A DNA stretch of 64,000 nucleotides from a bacterium. Lineage in GTDB: Bacteria > Babelota > Babeliae > Babelales > GCA-2401785. The notes under the pieces are model-generated. The model worked only from the letters and a program-made list of their open reading frames with translations, was not told where the DNA came from and did not search any database. Below are positions 39,796 through 49,577 of this stretch, in pieces. The stretch is taken from positions 69,870 to 133,869 of the forward strand of contig JAHFBP010000001.1 of the NCBI GenBank assembly GCA_023249975.1, given 5' to 3'. Both the position numbers and the translations under genes were made by a program. The stretch's first letter is position 1. The number at the start of each line of letters is the position of its first letter.

Positions 39796-40509
39796 ATGAA
39801 TGCCTTAAAACTATTTCTAGCATCTATGTCTATTCTAGTACTGTCTGGCTGTGAAAAAAAAGAGCCAGCAGCTACCCATAAAGGTAAAGTATCTAAAGAA
39901 AAAAAGACAGAATCTAAAAAAAAGAGCAAAAAAGTAGCTCAAAACGACCCCTGGGGTGAGCAATTCTTGCTTGGCGAGGATTATGATGCTGCCAACGAAC
40001 TAGCTCTTCTTGAAGACGATCTTGCTCTTGATAGCCTCACCAGCGAGAACTTCTTTGGTGACGACTCATTAGCTTTTAATGAATCCGAAAGCAGTGTAGA
40101 AGATGAAATTGATGCACTCGTTGCCCTTTGGGAAAACGAAGAAGATGAACTTGATGTAACTCTTGATCCTGTTCATTTTGATTTCAACAAAAAAACTGTC
40201 AGTACCTCTGACAAAACTACTCTCAAGCAAAATGTAGAAACAGCAAAACTCGCTGTTGAACAAGGTAAAAATATTACCGTTGAAGCTTATTGCGACCAAA
40301 CAGGTCCTGCAAGTTACAACCTTGCCCTTTCACAAAAAAGAGCACAAACCATTGTTGATGAAATGGTAAAAAGCGGAGTTGACTCTGAACACTTGGCCGC
40401 TATTGGCCGTGGACAAGAAAATCAAATCGCTTCATCAAACAGTACAGATAAAGCACAAATGATCAAAGAACTTGCACCAAATCGTCGTGCTGAGTTCCTA
40501 GTTTCATAA
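39796..40509 (+). CDS. pal: Peptidoglycan-associated lipoprotein / OmpA-family lipoprotein with acidic linker
   Basis: Lipoprotein signal with LSGC lipobox. GAGGAG site upstream of the ATG at 39796. C-terminal OmpA-like domain (NLALSQKRAQTIVDEMVKSGV...NRRAEFLVS). Confidence 0.8.
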   Translation: MNALKLFLASMSILVLSGCEKKEPAATHKGKVSKEKKTESKKKSKKVAQNDPWGEQFLLGEDYDAANELALLEDDLALDSLTSENFFGDDSLAFNESESSVEDEIDALVALWENEEDELDVTLDPVHFDFNKKTVSTSDKTTLKQNVETAKLAVEQGKNITVEAYCDQTGPASYNLALSQKRAQTIVDEMVKSGVDSEHLAAIGRGQENQIASSNSTDKAQMIKELAPNRRAEFLVS

Positions 40510-40534
40510 TAATTACGAAATTAAAAAATAAAAA

Positions 40535-40570
40535 GGGCATGTCTTTACGGACATGCCCTTTTTATTTTTT
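40535..40570. terminator. Bidirectional rho-independent terminator between the convergent pal gene and the 40588-41211 gene
   Basis: Perfect 9-bp stem GGGCATGTC/GACATGCCC flanked by an A-run upstream and a T-run downstream. Confidence 0.7.
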
Positions 40571-40587
40571 AAACTATTCGGTCAATG

Positions 40588-41211
40588 TTACTCAGATTGC
40601 GCTTGCACCATTTTTTGCTGTTTTACATGTTCAGCAATATACAACAGCCGAGCTTCAAGATTTTTCAATTTTCGCGCATGTCCCTCAAAACCATGAATGT
40701 AGCGTGAAAAACTCACACGAACATGTTTTTGAATGTTCTTAATGTTCCGCTTGAGTGCAACTATTTTATTTTCAACAAAGACATCTGCATATTCTGCAAA
40801 TTCAGTAGGCATTGCAAGCTTGCCTTCATGGCAAACTAACTGCTCAAGTTCACGTTGCACTTCCAGCAAAACACCATCAAGGAGCCTGAGATACGAAACA
40901 ACACTCTGCTCAAATGGCGAAACGCCTTCATCTTCTGTACTGCCCGTAATTGACTTAAGGTTGACCATAGAGGCCTGAATTGCTTGACCATAATCAATAA
41001 TAGCTTCACGCTTTTCTTGAATCTCTTGTGCAAGAGATTCAAGTTGCTCTGTTGCAAGATTTACAATTTTCAAGCTTTGAGCAGAAATTTCAACATTCGC
41101 CAAAGAAACGATTTCTTCTGCAGGTACAAAGGTTACCTTTTCAGCAACATTCTCGTCTTCTTGTAACACTTCTACAGCTTCTTCTTCAGTACAGATATTT
41201 TCAGTACACAT
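40588..41211 (-). CDS. Hypothetical acidic coiled-coil protein (207 aa)
   Basis: ORF with protein-like composition. No recognisable domain. Confidence 0.45.
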   Translation of the reverse strand: MCTENICTEEEAVEVLQEDENVAEKVTFVPAEEIVSLANVEISAQSLKIVNLATEQLESLAQEIQEKREAIIDYGQAIQASMVNLKSITGSTEDEGVSPFEQSVVSYLRLLDGVLLEVQRELEQLVCHEGKLAMPTEFAEYADVFVENKIVALKRNIKNIQKHVRVSFSRYIHGFEGHARKLKNLEARLLYIAEHVKQQKMVQAQSE

Positions 41212-41245
41212 AGCTTCACTTTCTATTTTTTCTAAGATTGTTTTT

Positions 41246-43690
41246 TTAATTCACCACAAAGTTAACAAGTCTCCCTGGAATGAAAACAAGACGCGCAATG
41301 TCTTTGCCTTCAAGCCATTTGGCAACGCTACCTTGTGCCATTTTTTCAATATCTTCACGGGATGCATTGCGATCAACATTTAAAGTTGCACGCAATTTTC
41401 CATTCACTTGAACAGGAATTGCTATTGTATCCTCTTGGGCAAGTGATTCATCAAATGTTGGCCACTGACAATGTTCAAGCTGAACACCGGCCAATGTTTC
41501 CAATAACTCACTGGCATAGTAGGGCGCCATGACCGAAATCGACGTCAAAAGATCACGCACTATAGTGCGATCTAATTTCATCTTGCCTGCATGAGCGTCA
41601 TTATAAAATTCCATAAGCGAGGCAACTGCCGTATTAACACGATACGTCGACAAACGATATTGATAATCTTTTAAAAATTGAGCAAATCGCCGCTGCATTG
41701 AAATATCAGCCCGTTGACCTTCTGGCAATATTGATCCGGGCACTGAAAGATACGTATACAAACGACCAAGAAAATTGTGAACTCCTCGAATTGAATCAGA
41801 GTTCCACTCGTTATCCAATTCAGGAGGGCCCATAAATAACGTGTACATGCGCAAAGTGTCTGCGCCATACATTTGAACGATCTCGTCAGGATCGACAACG
41901 TTACCCTTGGATTTGGACATCTTTTCAACACGGCCAGTAATTTCTGACTTCATACAAACCATGCCTTGATTAAATAGTTTGGCAAAAGGTTCGTTGAAGG
42001 GAAGGGCGCCAATGTCGTATAAAAATTTGACGTAAAAGCGCGCATACAATAAATGCAAAACCGCGTGTTCAATTCCGCCAACATATAAATCAACTGGCAT
42101 CCAATATTTTACATCGTCCGCATCAAATGGCTTGTCTTCAAGTTTGGGATTGAGGTAGCGCAAGAAATACCAACACGAACCAGCCCATTGCGGCATAGTG
42201 TTCGTTTCGCGTTTTCCCGGACCTGAACACTTTGGACACGTTGTGTTCACCCACCAATCAATTGCGGCAAGTGGCGACTCACCCGTTCCGGTCGGTTCAT
42301 ATTCTTCCACGTCGGGCAAAATGATTGGCAATTCACTTTCTGGAACGGGTATAATTCCACATGATGCACAATGCACCAGAGGAATTGGTTCGCCCCAATA
42401 ACGTTGGCGTGAAAAAATCCAATCACGAAGTTTGTATGCAACTTTTTTCTGAGCTAAACCTTGTTGTTCGCAATATTCAATAATTTCTTGCCGAACATCA
42501 CCAGCTCGCTTTCCCGCAAACTGTAAGGGTTCTGACAAGACACCTTCTTGCATGTCGGTATAACAAACTTCATGCTTTTTAACTTTTTGGGCTAATTCAG
42601 GATCCTGTGGAAACAAAACTGCTTTAAGGGCGATGTTATATTTTTTTGCAAAAGCAAAATCACGTTCATCATGCGCAGAACATTTAACAATTCCGGTTCC
42701 ATAATGAGCTAAGGCAAAGTTAGCCACCCAAATAGGTAAATCACCATTTCCAATAGGATCGACAATGTATCGTCCCGTAAAAATACCTTCTGGTTCTATT
42801 TCTTCGTTGCCATTATGCTGCCGCTCCAAAAGAATTTTTTTGCAAAAACTCAAAATCTCATCTTTATTGGGTACACCATCAAGAAGTTCTGGCAATCGCT
42901 CATGACCTGGTGCGATTACCACAAAAGTATCTGCTGCAAAAGCTTCAAAGTGCGCAGAAAATGTCTCAATTGTTAAATTGGTATCTTTTACAGGAGCCGT
43001 AAATACAAGGCCATGACTGCGACCAATCCAATTGCGCTGCATTGCTTTAACTTTTTCTGACCAATCAAGACCATCAAGATCATCGGTCAAACGGTCGGCA
43101 TACTCAGTAATTTTCAAAACCCACTGGCGAACTGGTTTTTGCTCAGTTGTCGAGCCGCAACGGTCGCAAATACCGTCTTTTGATTCTTCATTGGCAAGAC
43201 CAGTCAAACATTTTGGGCACCAGTTGATCGGCATGTTGGCTTCGTACGCGAGACCTTTTTCGAACATTTTCAAAAAGATCCACTGAGTCCACTTGTAATA
43301 TTCAGGATCGGTGGTGCTCAGCTCCTTGCTCCAGTCATACATCGCGCCAATGGTTTTAAGTTGTGATCTAAAGTTGTCGATATTGGATTGTGTCCCAATC
43401 TTTGGCTTAATTTTTTTCTTGATAGCATCATTTTCAGCAGGAAGCCCAAATGAATCAAACCCCATTGGGTGCAATACATTGTAGCCTTCCAAGAACTTCA
43501 TGCGAGCATACACGTCAGAAAAGACATAACCCTTCCAATGTCCTACATGAAGCCCTGAGCCAGACGGATAAGGGAACATATCGAGGCAATAAAACTTCTT
43601 CCCTTTATTTCCATCTTTAGCTGCAAAATAAGGATTTTTTTCCCAATTTGCCTGCCATTTTGCTTCAACTTCCTTAAATGAATAAGACAT
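41246..43690 (-). CDS. leuS: Leucine--tRNA ligase
   Basis: 814 aa. HIGH-type motif (HVGHWKGY) and KMSKS (VEKMSKSKGN). Editing-domain insert present. Confidence 0.96.
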   Translation of the reverse strand: MSYSFKEVEAKWQANWEKNPYFAAKDGNKGKKFYCLDMFPYPSGSGLHVGHWKGYVFSDVYARMKFLEGYNVLHPMGFDSFGLPAENDAIKKKIKPKIGTQSNIDNFRSQLKTIGAMYDWSKELSTTDPEYYKWTQWIFLKMFEKGLAYEANMPINWCPKCLTGLANEESKDGICDRCGSTTEQKPVRQWVLKITEYADRLTDDLDGLDWSEKVKAMQRNWIGRSHGLVFTAPVKDTNLTIETFSAHFEAFAADTFVVIAPGHERLPELLDGVPNKDEILSFCKKILLERQHNGNEEIEPEGIFTGRYIVDPIGNGDLPIWVANFALAHYGTGIVKCSAHDERDFAFAKKYNIALKAVLFPQDPELAQKVKKHEVCYTDMQEGVLSEPLQFAGKRAGDVRQEIIEYCEQQGLAQKKVAYKLRDWIFSRQRYWGEPIPLVHCASCGIIPVPESELPIILPDVEEYEPTGTGESPLAAIDWWVNTTCPKCSGPGKRETNTMPQWAGSCWYFLRYLNPKLEDKPFDADDVKYWMPVDLYVGGIEHAVLHLLYARFYVKFLYDIGALPFNEPFAKLFNQGMVCMKSEITGRVEKMSKSKGNVVDPDEIVQMYGADTLRMYTLFMGPPELDNEWNSDSIRGVHNFLGRLYTYLSVPGSILPEGQRADISMQRRFAQFLKDYQYRLSTYRVNTAVASLMEFYNDAHAGKMKLDRTIVRDLLTSISVMAPYYASELLETLAGVQLEHCQWPTFDESLAQEDTIAIPVQVNGKLRATLNVDRNASREDIEKMAQGSVAKWLEGKDIARLVFIPGRLVNFVVN

Positions 43691-43839
43691 TGCTCGTTAT
43701 TCCTTATGAGTGTGACGAATAGAACGCATCAAGCTGCATTTATCCATATTACCACGAGTCAGCCCGCGTGCACAGGCAAAACAATACCCTTATCTCATTT
43801 TTATCAAAAATATCGCTATTGATTTCTTATTTGAAATAA

Positions 43840-43869
43840 TTGACATCGTTTTGCCCATTTCATTAGGAT
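43840..43869 (+). promoter_or_regulatory. Candidate sigma70-type promoter for the C11 peptidase gene (TTGACA-18 nt-TAGGAT)
   Basis: TTGACA at 43840-43845, 18-nt spacer, TAGGAT at 43864-43869, about 35 nt upstream of the ATG at 43904. Confidence 0.4.
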
Positions 43870-43903
43870 AAAAGCAAGGGGAGAATTATTGCGGGGGAAT
43901 CTT

Positions 43904-45466
43904 ATGAAAGTTCATTTACACAGACAATTATTTATTATTTGTGCGGTAATCAGCACCATCTCTTGTGTCATTTTTCCAAAAGACGATACCCTCAAAGCTC
44001 AAGTTGGCATTATCTCAGACCAAGCTGATCGTCGGGCTGGAAGAAAGCATCCGCACACCAATGCGGCCCCAATTGTTCAGCAAGACCCTGTTGAACAAAA
44101 GCAAATTGTTGCCCAAAAAGACTGGACTATTTTTTTGTATATTCAGGCTCGCAACAACCTTGCTCCATTTGCCATCAGAAACCTTAAAGAAATTACCGAT
44201 GTTGGGCCTGGCGAAAAAGTTAACGTGGTCGTTCAATGGGAACAACCGCACCAGAAGGGCGTTTGGCGTTATATCATAGAAAAAGACCGCATTGTATTGC
44301 TCGAGAGCGATGAGACTGATCATAATATTGACCCGGCCAAAAGATTGGTTGATTTTATAGCCTGGGGCGCTAAGCGCTATCCGTCCAAAAAAACTGCCGT
44401 CATTTTGTGGAATCATGGGATTGGAGCTCTTGATCCAACGTGGGGCAACCCAATGCGGTTCCTTGTATTTGGTGATGGCAAACACAACCCACGCCTTGAT
44501 ATTGAAGGCGTTACCTACACAAGCTCTAATATAGAGCAAGAAGAGTCCGAAGAGGGTAACTCCTATCAAACACAGCAATCCCGCTCAGCGAAAGCTGCAA
44601 AGGACAGATCTGACCTGTCTGAAAACGAGCACAGGGGATTGCTCTTTGATGAGCTCTACAAAATTTATATGACCAATAAAGACCTGGGGCGTGCCTTGCG
44701 CGGCATTTATGCTGTTTTAGGAAAAAAAATAGACGTTCTTGGAATGGATACCTGTTTCTCGCAAATGATGGAGCCTGCCTATCTAGCCAAAGACTTTGCG
44801 CATTATTATGTAGCATCTCAGGACATCGAACTGGCAAGAGGTTGGCCCTATGACGAAATTATGAAAGCACTCCAAAACGACCTGTCTCCACGCCAACTGG
44901 CCGAAACCATCGTACAAAAATACGAACAACTTTATCGCGGAAAAACACATCTTTTTACGCTTTCAGCAATTGATTTGAGTAAAATTATGCCCCTCAAACA
45001 AAATATTGACTCAGTTGCACAACACCTCATTGCAGCCATGAGTGCTGAGCGTGGTCCTGTTACATCACTCATCAGACGGTCACGCAAGGAAACGCTTGAA
45101 TTTTCAACACCTCTTTATGTTGACCTCCATTCATTCTATCTCGAACTTTCTAATAATATTTCTGCAGCATTTCAAAACCGGATGGGCCAGGGTCTTTTCC
45201 CTTCCTTGGCTCATCGCTATCCAAATCGCATCATAAGTAGCATCAGCAGAACGCCACTTTCAGAAAATCTTCTCAGGGAAGTTCAAAGCGGCATCAATTT
45301 GATCAATCAAGCCGTATTTGCAAAAACATCCAGCCAACGATTGGGTCGATCTCAAGGAATTTCGATCTATTTCCCTCAATATGGACTCGACGATTCATAT
45401 ATCAACAATGAATTTGCTCAACAATCGACATGGACCCAACTCATTAATGTTATGCTTCAATCCTAA
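43904..45466 (+). CDS. Secreted clostripain-like cysteine peptidase (MEROPS C11 family)
   Basis: Signal peptide MKVHLHRQLFIICAVISTISC. Catalytic dyad motifs ILWNHGIGA (His-Gly) and LGMDTCFSQMME (Cys). Paralog of 62181-63458. Confidence 0.7.
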   Translation: MKVHLHRQLFIICAVISTISCVIFPKDDTLKAQVGIISDQADRRAGRKHPHTNAAPIVQQDPVEQKQIVAQKDWTIFLYIQARNNLAPFAIRNLKEITDVGPGEKVNVVVQWEQPHQKGVWRYIIEKDRIVLLESDETDHNIDPAKRLVDFIAWGAKRYPSKKTAVILWNHGIGALDPTWGNPMRFLVFGDGKHNPRLDIEGVTYTSSNIEQEESEEGNSYQTQQSRSAKAAKDRSDLSENEHRGLLFDELYKIYMTNKDLGRALRGIYAVLGKKIDVLGMDTCFSQMMEPAYLAKDFAHYYVASQDIELARGWPYDEIMKALQNDLSPRQLAETIVQKYEQLYRGKTHLFTLSAIDLSKIMPLKQNIDSVAQHLIAAMSAERGPVTSLIRRSRKETLEFSTPLYVDLHSFYLELSNNISAAFQNRMGQGLFPSLAHRYPNRIISSISRTPLSENLLREVQSGINLINQAVFAKTSSQRLGRSQGISIYFPQYGLDDSYINNEFAQQSTWTQLINVMLQS

Positions 45467-45543
45467 AACTTACCGCTTTGACACACGCAAATTTAATCAG
45501 TAGGGTGCTTACTAGGTCATTTCAAAACTAAGCACCCTAAAAA

Positions 45544-46215
45544 ATGAGCATTCTTATGTCTTTACAAAAACATGAAGAACAAATCCTTGTTGTTAGCCGT
45601 AAAAATCTTTTTGGTGCATCAACCCCACAGGGGCTCATTGTTTCAGATGTCGAAAATTATCGCGATTTAATCGAAGAAAAAAAAGAATTCCATGCACGTG
45701 GACTCATGGAAATCAACCCATCATACAAACAAATCATTCCATATTTGGTATTTGCCTATACCGATAAACTATTTGTCATGCAACGCAAAACCAAAGCAAG
45801 CGAACAACGGCTTGCCAATAAATATTCATTGGGAATTGGCGGCCACATCAGACAAGATGATCTTTCTGGATCAATTTCTGATTGGGCACAGCGTGAATTT
45901 GAAGAAGAAGTTGCCTATTCGGGTGACATGAAAATAGAAACCATTGGCCTACTCAATGACGAAACAAATGCTGTCGGACAAGTTCACCTTGGATTTGTAT
46001 ATTTACTCAAAGGCAACAGTGACCAGATTGTCATCAAAGATGAACATGCATCAGGTCAACTCATGACCCTTGAGCAATGCGAACAGATTTATGACAACAT
46101 GGAGACTTGGAGCCAATTGGTACTTGACTACCTCAAATCAAACCAAAGCTTACTATATCCCGCCTGCCCTGAGTTTATCGAAGGATTAAGCTCGAAACAG
46201 GTTCCAAAATTTTAA
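45544..46215 (+). CDS. Hypothetical protein with degenerate Nudix-like box (REFEEEVAY)
   Basis: 223 aa. GIGGHI...REFEEEVA partly matches the Nudix signature Gx5Ex7REUxEExGU. Weak. Confidence 0.35.
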   Translation: MSILMSLQKHEEQILVVSRKNLFGASTPQGLIVSDVENYRDLIEEKKEFHARGLMEINPSYKQIIPYLVFAYTDKLFVMQRKTKASEQRLANKYSLGIGGHIRQDDLSGSISDWAQREFEEEVAYSGDMKIETIGLLNDETNAVGQVHLGFVYLLKGNSDQIVIKDEHASGQLMTLEQCEQIYDNMETWSQLVLDYLKSNQSLLYPACPEFIEGLSSKQVPKF

Positions 46216-47013
46216 AAAGTCTGCAAATGTCAGCTGCTGAGCACGCTTGGTTAAAATATCAGAACCAAGTGCTTCAAACTCAAATGCTGAAGATTTCAAA
46301 TTATTGCGCAAATTTTGTCGAGGAAACCGGAAGCACTGTTTCACAAACTTCCAAAAACCTTCTTCGTCAGCAATTGGAATTAAAACAGATTTAGGCTTGA
46401 AATACACCAGGCGTGAATCCACTTTTGGTGGCGGATTGAATGCCGATGGTAAAATTTTGGTTAAAAGTTCAAAGTCAAAATAGTGCTGGAAAAATAGTGT
46501 CTGCGCCCCAAATGGACGACCATGCGTTGCCACAAGCTTTTGCGCAACCTCTTCTTGAATCATAATCACACCTTCATTAAATAGGTGTCGATTCATTTGA
46601 ACTTTGTGCAAAAATGGGAAAGTAATCAGGTAAGGCAAGTTAGCAATCATCACCCACGGCATATCAACTTCAAGTAATCGCCAGTCAGAATCGAGCACAT
46701 TTTCATGCAAAATATTCATACGAGAATCATGAATTTTAGCTTTAACGACTGTAATCCATTCTTCATCGATCTCAAAAATACGCAATTGTTTGCAATCTGT
46801 TTGGGCAAGAATCGAGCGTGTCAAAAATCCATCACCACAGCCGATTTCCATAACAGAAGTAGTGTTATCGACCTTAACGCGCGCAATCATGGCGTCAACC
46901 ACAGATTGATCCAATAAAAAATGTTGGCCTAGCGCCTTTTTTTTACGTGGAAGATGATAAGGGTTTTCACGCGGAGTGAGCAACGAGCTGGTTTTTGGTG
47001 ATTTGTAAGCCAT
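46186..47013 (-). CDS. rsmA: 16S rRNA (adenine1518/1519-N6)-dimethyltransferase
   Basis: LGQHFLLDQSVVDAMIA and SAM-binding VMEIGCGDGFLT motifs. Confidence 0.9.
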   Translation of the reverse strand: MAYKSPKTSSLLTPRENPYHLPRKKKALGQHFLLDQSVVDAMIARVKVDNTTSVMEIGCGDGFLTRSILAQTDCKQLRIFEIDEEWITVVKAKIHDSRMNILHENVLDSDWRLLEVDMPWVMIANLPYLITFPFLHKVQMNRHLFNEGVIMIQEEVAQKLVATHGRPFGAQTLFFQHYFDFELLTKILPSAFNPPPKVDSRLVYFKPKSVLIPIADEEGFWKFVKQCFRFPRQNLRNNLKSSAFEFEALGSDILTKRAQQLTFADFLKFWNLFRA

Positions 47014-47193
47014 GGACCTGATTCAAACACATTTTAAAGATTATATACATTTAGAATGCCTTAATATCCTAAAAAACACAAAAAAGCTTTAAATAAAGCA
47101 TAGAATGGCACATTTTCCCTTGACCAGCTATTTTCAATTGGTAAACTCGGTGCTTGTTGGTGCGATTACTCAAAACAAATAATTCGGAATATT

Positions 47194-47646
47194 ATGAACA
47201 AGCCATATGCTTTTGCCGTTATTTTGACGCTTTTCAGCCTTGTCGGCACATGCTGTGCAGGTAAGCTTGGCAAAAAATTTACTAACCTAACTCTTATTTG
47301 CGATGAATCGCCTGAAACCCGACTTATTAATCGCATAGCCATCATCAAAAACCTATGTGAACACCTACCTCAACATGCAAACTATGGGGTTATTGATGCA
47401 GCAACTCTCAGCAACCTTATCGGTCGGCAAGAATGCACCTTTGTTGATGATTCAAACCTCAATCTATTGGCGCTTGTAAAAGACTTTAGAGAAAAACTTA
47501 ATTCATATATTACAGAATCAAGAATCGACCTTACACAACCATACACCTTCCCAATAGAATGTGTAATCGAATACCTTCGGCATAAAAAAGTAGTTTACAT
47601 CAATGCATTATCCCAACTTCAGGACAACCGTCCCGCAACCCGTTAA
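47194..47646 (+). CDS. Hypothetical small secreted protein (150 aa)
   Basis: Signal peptide MNKPYAFAVILTLFSLVGTCCA. Confidence 0.5.
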   Translation: MNKPYAFAVILTLFSLVGTCCAGKLGKKFTNLTLICDESPETRLINRIAIIKNLCEHLPQHANYGVIDAATLSNLIGRQECTFVDDSNLNLLALVKDFREKLNSYITESRIDLTQPYTFPIECVIEYLRHKKVVYINALSQLQDNRPATR

Positions 47647-47664
47647 AACCCGATAAGGATTACT

Positions 47665-48072
47665 ATGAACAAATTGCATGCACTTATTATTACTTTTGCC
47701 CTTGGCTCTTCAATCCAAGCCATGAACAGCGATTTTGAAACTCCACCACAAAGCCCACGCAAAAATCCTTATGCCGACTGCTGCGCCCCTGTTCAAAAGC
47801 CGAAAAAAGATGTACTTCGTATGCTCGTTAATGAATACAATGAGACTCCATGTATTCCCGAAAATCGCATTATCAGACAGGGTCTTTATAATGAAATCCT
47901 AAGTTTCTTGCCTCCCAGAAACCTGGTACCAGCATGTCTTTTAAACGCGCTTAATCTGGATGATTACTTGACGCTTCTCGCCGCAGGACAAGCAACCATC
48001 CAGGATCGTGATGCGTTCGTAGACGGGATTGAAAACCTGCTTGCTCACTATGCTGCTCTTGGCTTAAATTAA
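47665..48072 (+). CDS. Hypothetical small secreted protein (135 aa)
   Basis: Signal peptide MNKLHALIITFALGSSIQA. Tandem to the previous small secreted ORF. Confidence 0.5.
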   Translation: MNKLHALIITFALGSSIQAMNSDFETPPQSPRKNPYADCCAPVQKPKKDVLRMLVNEYNETPCIPENRIIRQGLYNEILSFLPPRNLVPACLLNALNLDDYLTLLAAGQATIQDRDAFVDGIENLLAHYAALGLN

Positions 48073-48190
48073 TAAAATTTCATCTAATGGGGGCGTTGAA
48101 TATGATCGCCCCTTTTGACAATGCCGTCATTCATCTGGTAGCCTAATAGAGTAGCTTTTCTTGGGCTACATGATCTTTGATAGAAAATCT

Positions 48191-48640
48191 GGGGGTGTAC
48201 CGGCTTTCGACGTGTCGTTGTGTATCCTTGGTGCGTGTCGAGTTTGATTGTGGCTCGTAAAAAAACGATCAGCACAATAAGTGCAAACACAACAATGGCC
48301 CTTGTGGCCTGTGCTTCTGCAGCTCTTGTAGCTGCAGCTACAGCTTTTGTTGCTCCTGTTGCCGCTGCTTTTGCAGTTGCCTTCAGCAACGACACTGTAG
48401 TAGCTTAACCGCTGAACACCTTGTAAGCAGGTGTGTCTATTCACCCAGCTTACTCGTATTATAATAATAGAACTTGCCAGGTAGATTTCCTCTTTGGGTA
48501 ACCTGGTTTGTATCAACCAAAAGGGCAGAGTGGGTTTTGGGGCTTCTTGCATTCCTTCTCTGAACCTCAAGAAGACACACACGTAGTACCTCTGATATAA
48601 AGCGGGGCGGACATGGGTTCGACTCCCATCACCTCCACCA
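48191..48640 (+). ncRNA. ssrA: tmRNA (ssrA), about 450 nt, with a long Ala/Val-rich tag reading frame
   Basis: 5' end GGGGGTGTACCGGCTTTCGACG. 3' end is a T-arm (ATGGGTTCGACTCCCAT) + CACCTCC + A + CCA pairing with the 5' GGGGGTG, including a G3·U wobble (alanine identity). Candidate resume codon GCA at 48283 is preceded by AAAAAACGATCAGCACAATAAGU, as in E. coli. Tag frame runs to TAA at 48406-48408. Confidence 0.8.
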
Positions 48641-48980
48641 TTCTTCGCCAAGGCTTCGAATGGCACAGCTAGCCCTAATGTGTAGCCAGATTTTTTAATA
48701 GGACCTAATTTTCTTATAATTTTTTCTATGTTTTATTCAACAAGCTTCATGTTGCAATACCCCATTTTTTTAAAATAAACGATGTTTTATAAACACTTTT
48801 GTGTTAATTATTTTTCATGCTAAGGTAGCAGTTAGCCCAAAAGATGATGAAGGCGAAAGTGTCCATCTTGAAAGCGATTACCTGAGTCATTGGTACGTGC
48901 TCTGCGTTCCTAGGTAATACCACTGCGATAACTACATAATAGAGATGTTCATATCAACCATTTTAAATTGCGAGATAATC

Positions 48981-49475
48981 ATGAACTATAAAACAACAAC
49001 TCTTCTTATCGCAAAAATCCTTGCCGCTACATTCTCTCTCGCGGCATCTAACCAAACATTCTCCCTACCAGAAAGCCCTCATAATAAGGAATTAATTAAA
49101 AAAGCTGACCGGACCGCTAGGATAGCTTCCAAAGAGGCAAAGGCCGCAAGGGAAGCTGAGAACAAAAAAGAGCGTAGCATTAAAATAGCAACGATAAATG
49201 CCCTTGCAGAAGAAAATAAAAAAATAGCTCAACAAGCTATTGATCATGCTGCAACGGTTATGGATATCACTATCAAAGATGCGATAAAAGATGTAGAAGC
49301 CACAGCTGCGCACGCATCTGTCCTAGCAAAAGAAGCAATCGCCGCAATAAGTGCTGAATCGGCCAATGCAACAAGGAATATTGTGTGTTCCGTAAATGAT
49401 CAATTGGCTACCCTAGAAGATGAAGTTGCTGTAACGGTAAAGGGTGTTCCTCAGTTACTCTATAAAGTAGTCTAA
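48981..49475 (+). CDS. Hypothetical secreted Ala/Lys-rich coiled-coil protein
   Basis: Signal peptide MNYKTTTLLIAKILAATFSLAAS. Followed by a rho-independent terminator (7-bp stem + T8) at about 49525-49560. Confidence 0.5.
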   Translation: MNYKTTTLLIAKILAATFSLAASNQTFSLPESPHNKELIKKADRTARIASKEAKAAREAENKKERSIKIATINALAEENKKIAQQAIDHAATVMDITIKDAIKDVEATAAHASVLAKEAIAAISAESANATRNIVCSVNDQLATLEDEVAVTVKGVPQLLYKVV

Positions 49476-49577
49476 ATATTCATAACCATGAAAGAAATAA
49501 TGCGTAGTTGTTCGTGAAAAAGATGTGCTCATATCATGTGGGCACATCTTTTTTTTCTCACTTTTTAGTTTTGATTT

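Noticed and set aside
48084-48666. Minus-strand ORFs (103 and 166 aa) and a plus-strand 62-aa ORF across the tmRNA locus
   Set aside because: The locus is ssrA. The plus-strand ORF is the tag reading frame, translated only by trans-translation from the resume codon. The minus-strand ORFs are antisense artefacts.
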